DNA from: Raillietiella orientalis
Taxonomy: Eukaryota
Reading direction: 5' to 3'
NCBI GenBank assembly: GCA_036172245.1
Contig: JAYWIR010000052.1
Location: forward strand, 310,001 to 374,000
DNA length: 64,000 bases
Shown: piece after piece, positions 62,513 through 64,000 of the stretch
Layout: the number at the start of each line of letters is the position of its first letter
Numbering within the stretch: position 1 is the stretch's first letter
Program-made: the position numbers and the translations under genes
The notes under the pieces: model-generated
What the model was told of the DNA's origin: nothing
The model's input: only the letters and a program-made list of their open reading frames with translations
The model's database searches: none

Positions 62513-64000
62513 TAAGACCTTTACGAATCCTGCGGTCGCAAATCTCTCGTGGTGACGTCACGAAGTGAAACGAAAACCGACGGCAAAACAAAAACAAACG
62601 GACGGACGAACTCGGACGCTCGCGAGTCTTTCCCATTCCCATGACGTACGATTTCCTTGAACGTTCGTCCGTGGGGTGGGCGAATGAGGGCCGGGAAGGG
62701 TGGCACGACGGGCACGCGAGGCGGCGGCCGCCGCCGCCGCCGCCGTCTCCGGGAAGAGAACCGCGTTCCTCCTCCTCGGAGGCCGCGCACCACCGCACGC
62801 TTGGCCACTCGACCGCAGGGCGGCCGACGGGTCCTCCGCCCCCTTTGACCCCGCCGACGCGGTCCGGGAACACCTCGGCGGGAAACGCCTCTCCTCGAGT
62901 GGTGCTCGGGAAGCCGTGGCGGGGCGGCGGTTTCCGCAGAGGTGGTCGACCGGGACGGGAAAACCACGCTGCGTCCGCTCCCTAAGGAAGGAAGGAAGGA
63001 AGGAAGGAAAGACGAAAACGGGTGGCGGTGGCGGTGGTAAAGGGGCACGCGGGTGGATGGAAGGGCGCGCGCGGTGCTCGCCGGTGTGAAGTTCACAACG
63101 TCACTGACGAGGAGCGGTCGACACACTGACGTGACACACGCACACGTCGTCGTCGTCGTCGTCGTCATGCGGCCGGCCGCCTGCTCCCCTCTTCGAGTGG
63201 GCCCTTTCTAGCGACTGGACCTGCGCAACTTTTTCCTCTTCCCGCAGGCCCCACGGGGAGCGTGGGCCGTGGTTGCGTGCACTGCACGTCCGGACGGTGC
63301 GGGTCGGGAGTCCTTTCCAGGAGCGCCGGGTGCCGTTTCGGCGAGAGGGAGAGAGAGAGAGGAGAGAGAGAAAGGGGGAGGAGAGGGAGGGAGGCGAAAA
63401 CAAAAACAAAACTCGGGCACTGGGGACAGGCCGGGACTTCCTTGCCAGGATCACAACTCGTTTACGAGCACCGCACGTGAAAGCACAAAGCACCACGTCT
63501 TCTTGGAACAACACGGGAGTAAAAATCACTTTTCCTTTTATTCTGCAAAAGTCTTTACACCACCAGGAAAAAAAAAAAAAGAAAAAAATGGAGAGGGGAA
63601 AAAAAAAAATGAAAAAAATGAAAAAAATGAAAAAAACTCTTGCGTATTGAGATCAAAAAATATATAGCTTCGTATTTCAAACTCGTACACGGAATGATCG
63701 CTGACGCAACCACGGATTAGCACAAACTCGGAGGAGGAGGAGGAAGGGGGGGGGGGGGCAGGTTCGGTGACGCAACAATCTCTCTCCACTGCAAGGGGTA
63801 CCAGATCCTGCGGGCACGCGCTGGTCACATCTCGGCTCATCGATACCGGCGAGAAGAACTCCCACATGCTAACCATTTTTATTGCATCAACCCACAGGAC
63901 GAAAGGTACATTTTCAGTGTTCATCCGGGCTAAACCGGCGAATACCTTCTTGCATGGAATCCGTTTGCGTGCCGGCGGCGTGCTGCTCCACGTGCTGCAA

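Larger units (their letters stand above)
55300..64000. other. Large GC/CpG-rich low-complexity non-coding block (probable regulatory/UTR/intronic DNA of a gene not identifiable in this window)
   Basis: Dense (GGC)n, (GGA)n, poly-C/G, poly-A, (CG)n and (CA)n runs; all long ORFs are R/G/P/A-biased with no recognisable domain. Confidence 0.6.

Noticed and set aside
1..64000. tRNA, rRNA, spliceosomal snRNA genes, CRISPR arrays or prokaryotic operons
   Set aside because: No recognisable signatures by eye and the window is intron-rich eukaryotic DNA; a covariance-model scan would be needed to exclude small RNAs.

Overview
This is eukaryotic genomic DNA, most likely arthropod (it has a crimpled-type Ly6 gene, a GRXCR gene and a Henna-like hydroxylase). 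It has very short GT-AG introns, many of 38-51 nt, and a sharp mosaic of AT-rich/CpG-poor and GC-rich/CpG-rich blocks. Seven spliced genes were reconstructed by hand: ArfGAP2/3 (+), a glutaredoxin/cysteine-rich GRXCR gene (-), phenylalanine hydroxylase (-), an unannotated 4-exon ~405-aa gene with a tyrosine-recombinase-like C-terminal half that lacks the catalytic motifs (+), a Ly6/crimpled-like GPI protein (-), an arylsulfatase B/I/J-like gene (-) and Cdc37 (-). Also present are two tandem decayed L1/Tx1-type LINEs, a probable Tc1/mariner relic, a GTAC-rich minisatellite ending in a hairpin, and ~9 kb of GC-rich low-complexity non-coding sequence at the right end. Most long ORFs in the supplied track are artefacts of GC-rich DNA. 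The best novelty candidate is the apparently domesticated recombinase-fold gene at 22731-24148. All family calls come from motif recognition by eye; no database search was run.
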